Assembly: GCF_963676685.1 (NCBI RefSeq)
Contig: NC_092353.1
Span: forward strand, 620,001 to 684,000
Source of the DNA: Mytilus edulis
Lineage: Eukaryota
Direction: 5' to 3'
DNA length: 64,000 bases
Position numbers and translations under genes: made by a program. Below, one piece after another: positions 62,026-64,000 of this stretch. A model generated the notes under the pieces. That model made no database searches. It worked only from the letters and a program-made list of their open reading frames with translations, and had not been told where the DNA came from. Position 1 is the first letter of the stretch. Each line of letters begins with the position of its first letter.

Positions 62026-64000
62026 AATAAATTCCATTGGAAATTTGTCAAAAACTTTAGGTTAATGAACTTCACTGGAAATTTGCCAATATAAAATGTT
62101 GCATTGGAGTTATCTTTCTTTGTCCAGAATAGCAGTTAAATCAACTTAAATCATGACTGTATGACATTTTATATTTTATGATGTATTTAAATGAGTTGTT
62201 ATTGTTGAAAACTCCATTAGAAATTTGAAGTGAGATTATTTTTGGAATTAGGGAAAAGGGGAGGTAAAAAAAAATTGATGGGGTTTAATTTTTCTTATTT
62301 CAGATTTCAGAAATGAAAAAGAAAATTTCTTCAAATATCAAAGGATTAATATTCAACATCATAGTGAATTGCTCAAAAACAAAAAAAACATTTTAAGTTC
62401 ATTAGACCACACTCATTCTGTGTCAGAAACCTATATGGGCCATTTTAAAAAAAATGAGGCAAAAGTGTGACATGGGGGGTCCAATTTCAAACTCAATATT
62501 TTGTATTTCTTTTTGTCTTACCCTATTACCGATACTTTAAATTTTATAATTCCAAAGTTTCAGGCAGAATGAAACAGACACATTGAATAATCTTAAATTT
62601 TAATAACATACATCTCAAAAAATTTGAACAGAAACCATACTACTTATAAACAAGTTTGGTAATAAAACAGTTAAAAAAACATTGCTCAAATCTTTTCCAA
62701 ATGAAAGTCAATAGAAAAAGAAAAATTTTAAAACCAAAATTTCCATCTTTTCTGCTAAATCATATAATAACAATCAAGTTGAATAGCTTAATTTGAAAAA
62801 AATAATAATAACTAGTGATTGAAGTTTTTGCCAATAAAAAGAATCTTAATATATTTCAGTTAAAATAGTAAACTTTGAAAGGCCTGAGTTTTTGTGATCA
62901 TTTGCAAAAAAAAAATGTCATTTCATTGTACCGTTTTTATGTAATTGTATATAGAAAAAGCCTTCTATTTTTCAGTATTTTGTCACACTCCTGACATATG
63001 TTACAAAGATTGAAAAATGCTTTTAACTTTCACAAAAAATCACTTAACACATTGCTATATCATTGATTTCAATTACTGATATCTTTTGCCATAGAACAGG
63101 ACTTTCTTTTTAGGGCCATTTAAAAAAAATACAAAGAGAGACACCCAAAAATGTCAGGAGTGTGACAACTGTCTTTAAACATCTACCAAAGAATACATAG
63201 GACTTAAATGTTTTCTTCTTCTTTATTTTTCAGAAGTGGCTATTCCAAAGAGAAGAAAAAAAAAATTACAACTGTGATATGTTTATATCATAGATGTGGG
63301 AGTGCATTATATATGTCAGGAGTGTGACGCTTTTTTTAAGACATTTTCTGTCAATTCATAATTTCACAAGGACAAGTCCCACAAGTTTTTTTGTGTTAGA
63401 AATGTTAAAACCCAGTTATATTCCTATCATTTACCCCTTAAATGTGTTATTTATCATGATTGTTTTGGCACAATGAGTTTTAATTAGTTATTTTTCTATT
63501 TTTTGTGCACAGTAATGCAAATTTATCAAAGGAAATAAGTGTGTACAACTATAATATCATATAGGAAAGTGAGGAAATGAATTTTGTACAAAATAGAACA
63601 ATTATTTTGATTTAAAATGGTATATTTAAAGATATTTCAAGGATTAACCATTCAGATGTAATTCGTCACACTCCTGACATGAATTTAACAATTTAAGAAA
63701 AATATGAAAATTAGCTTTATTTTTAGGACAGATAGTTGAAAGACAGCTAGTAAAATGAAAAAACTTTTGGTAAAACTTCCATTCCTTAAAACATCCACTA
63801 GACTTGCTGACATAAGCCAGGCAAAATTCTCTAGAAGAAATGATTCAAAGAAAGAGACCTGAAAAGAGAGAACCCGCTAATACTGGCTGAATATAAAATT
63901 GAAAAATGATCAGAGGAAGTTGGACAATCTTAAACAAAATAAAAAAAACTACAAAACCAAGCTAAAAAAAAAAGGCTTAAAGAAAGAAGAACTTTGAATT

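Overview
AT-rich, intron-rich animal genomic DNA; the repeat landscape resembles a bivalve mollusc such as Mytilus (inference). Two spliced genes sit head-to-head around ~23.2 kb. On the - strand is an ARHGAP1/ARHGAP8-like BCH-RhoGAP gene (coding exons 23136 down to 401, continuing off the left edge). On the + strand is a complete TTK/Mps1 kinase gene (18 coding exons, 24926..48597, 930 aa by my exon assembly). Introns and the right flank hold nested non-autonomous DNA transposons, Helentron/HINE-like elements, a Penelope-like RT fragment, satellites, and a full-length RTE LINE with a 12-bp TSD whose 5' end folds into an HDV-like ribozyme. The most striking pattern is that about 11 exon-intron junctions of the two genes have seeded tandem repeats. 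Each unit carries a piece of exon plus the splice site, and arrays extend into the intron with up to ~43 decoy splice sites or pseudo-microexons.
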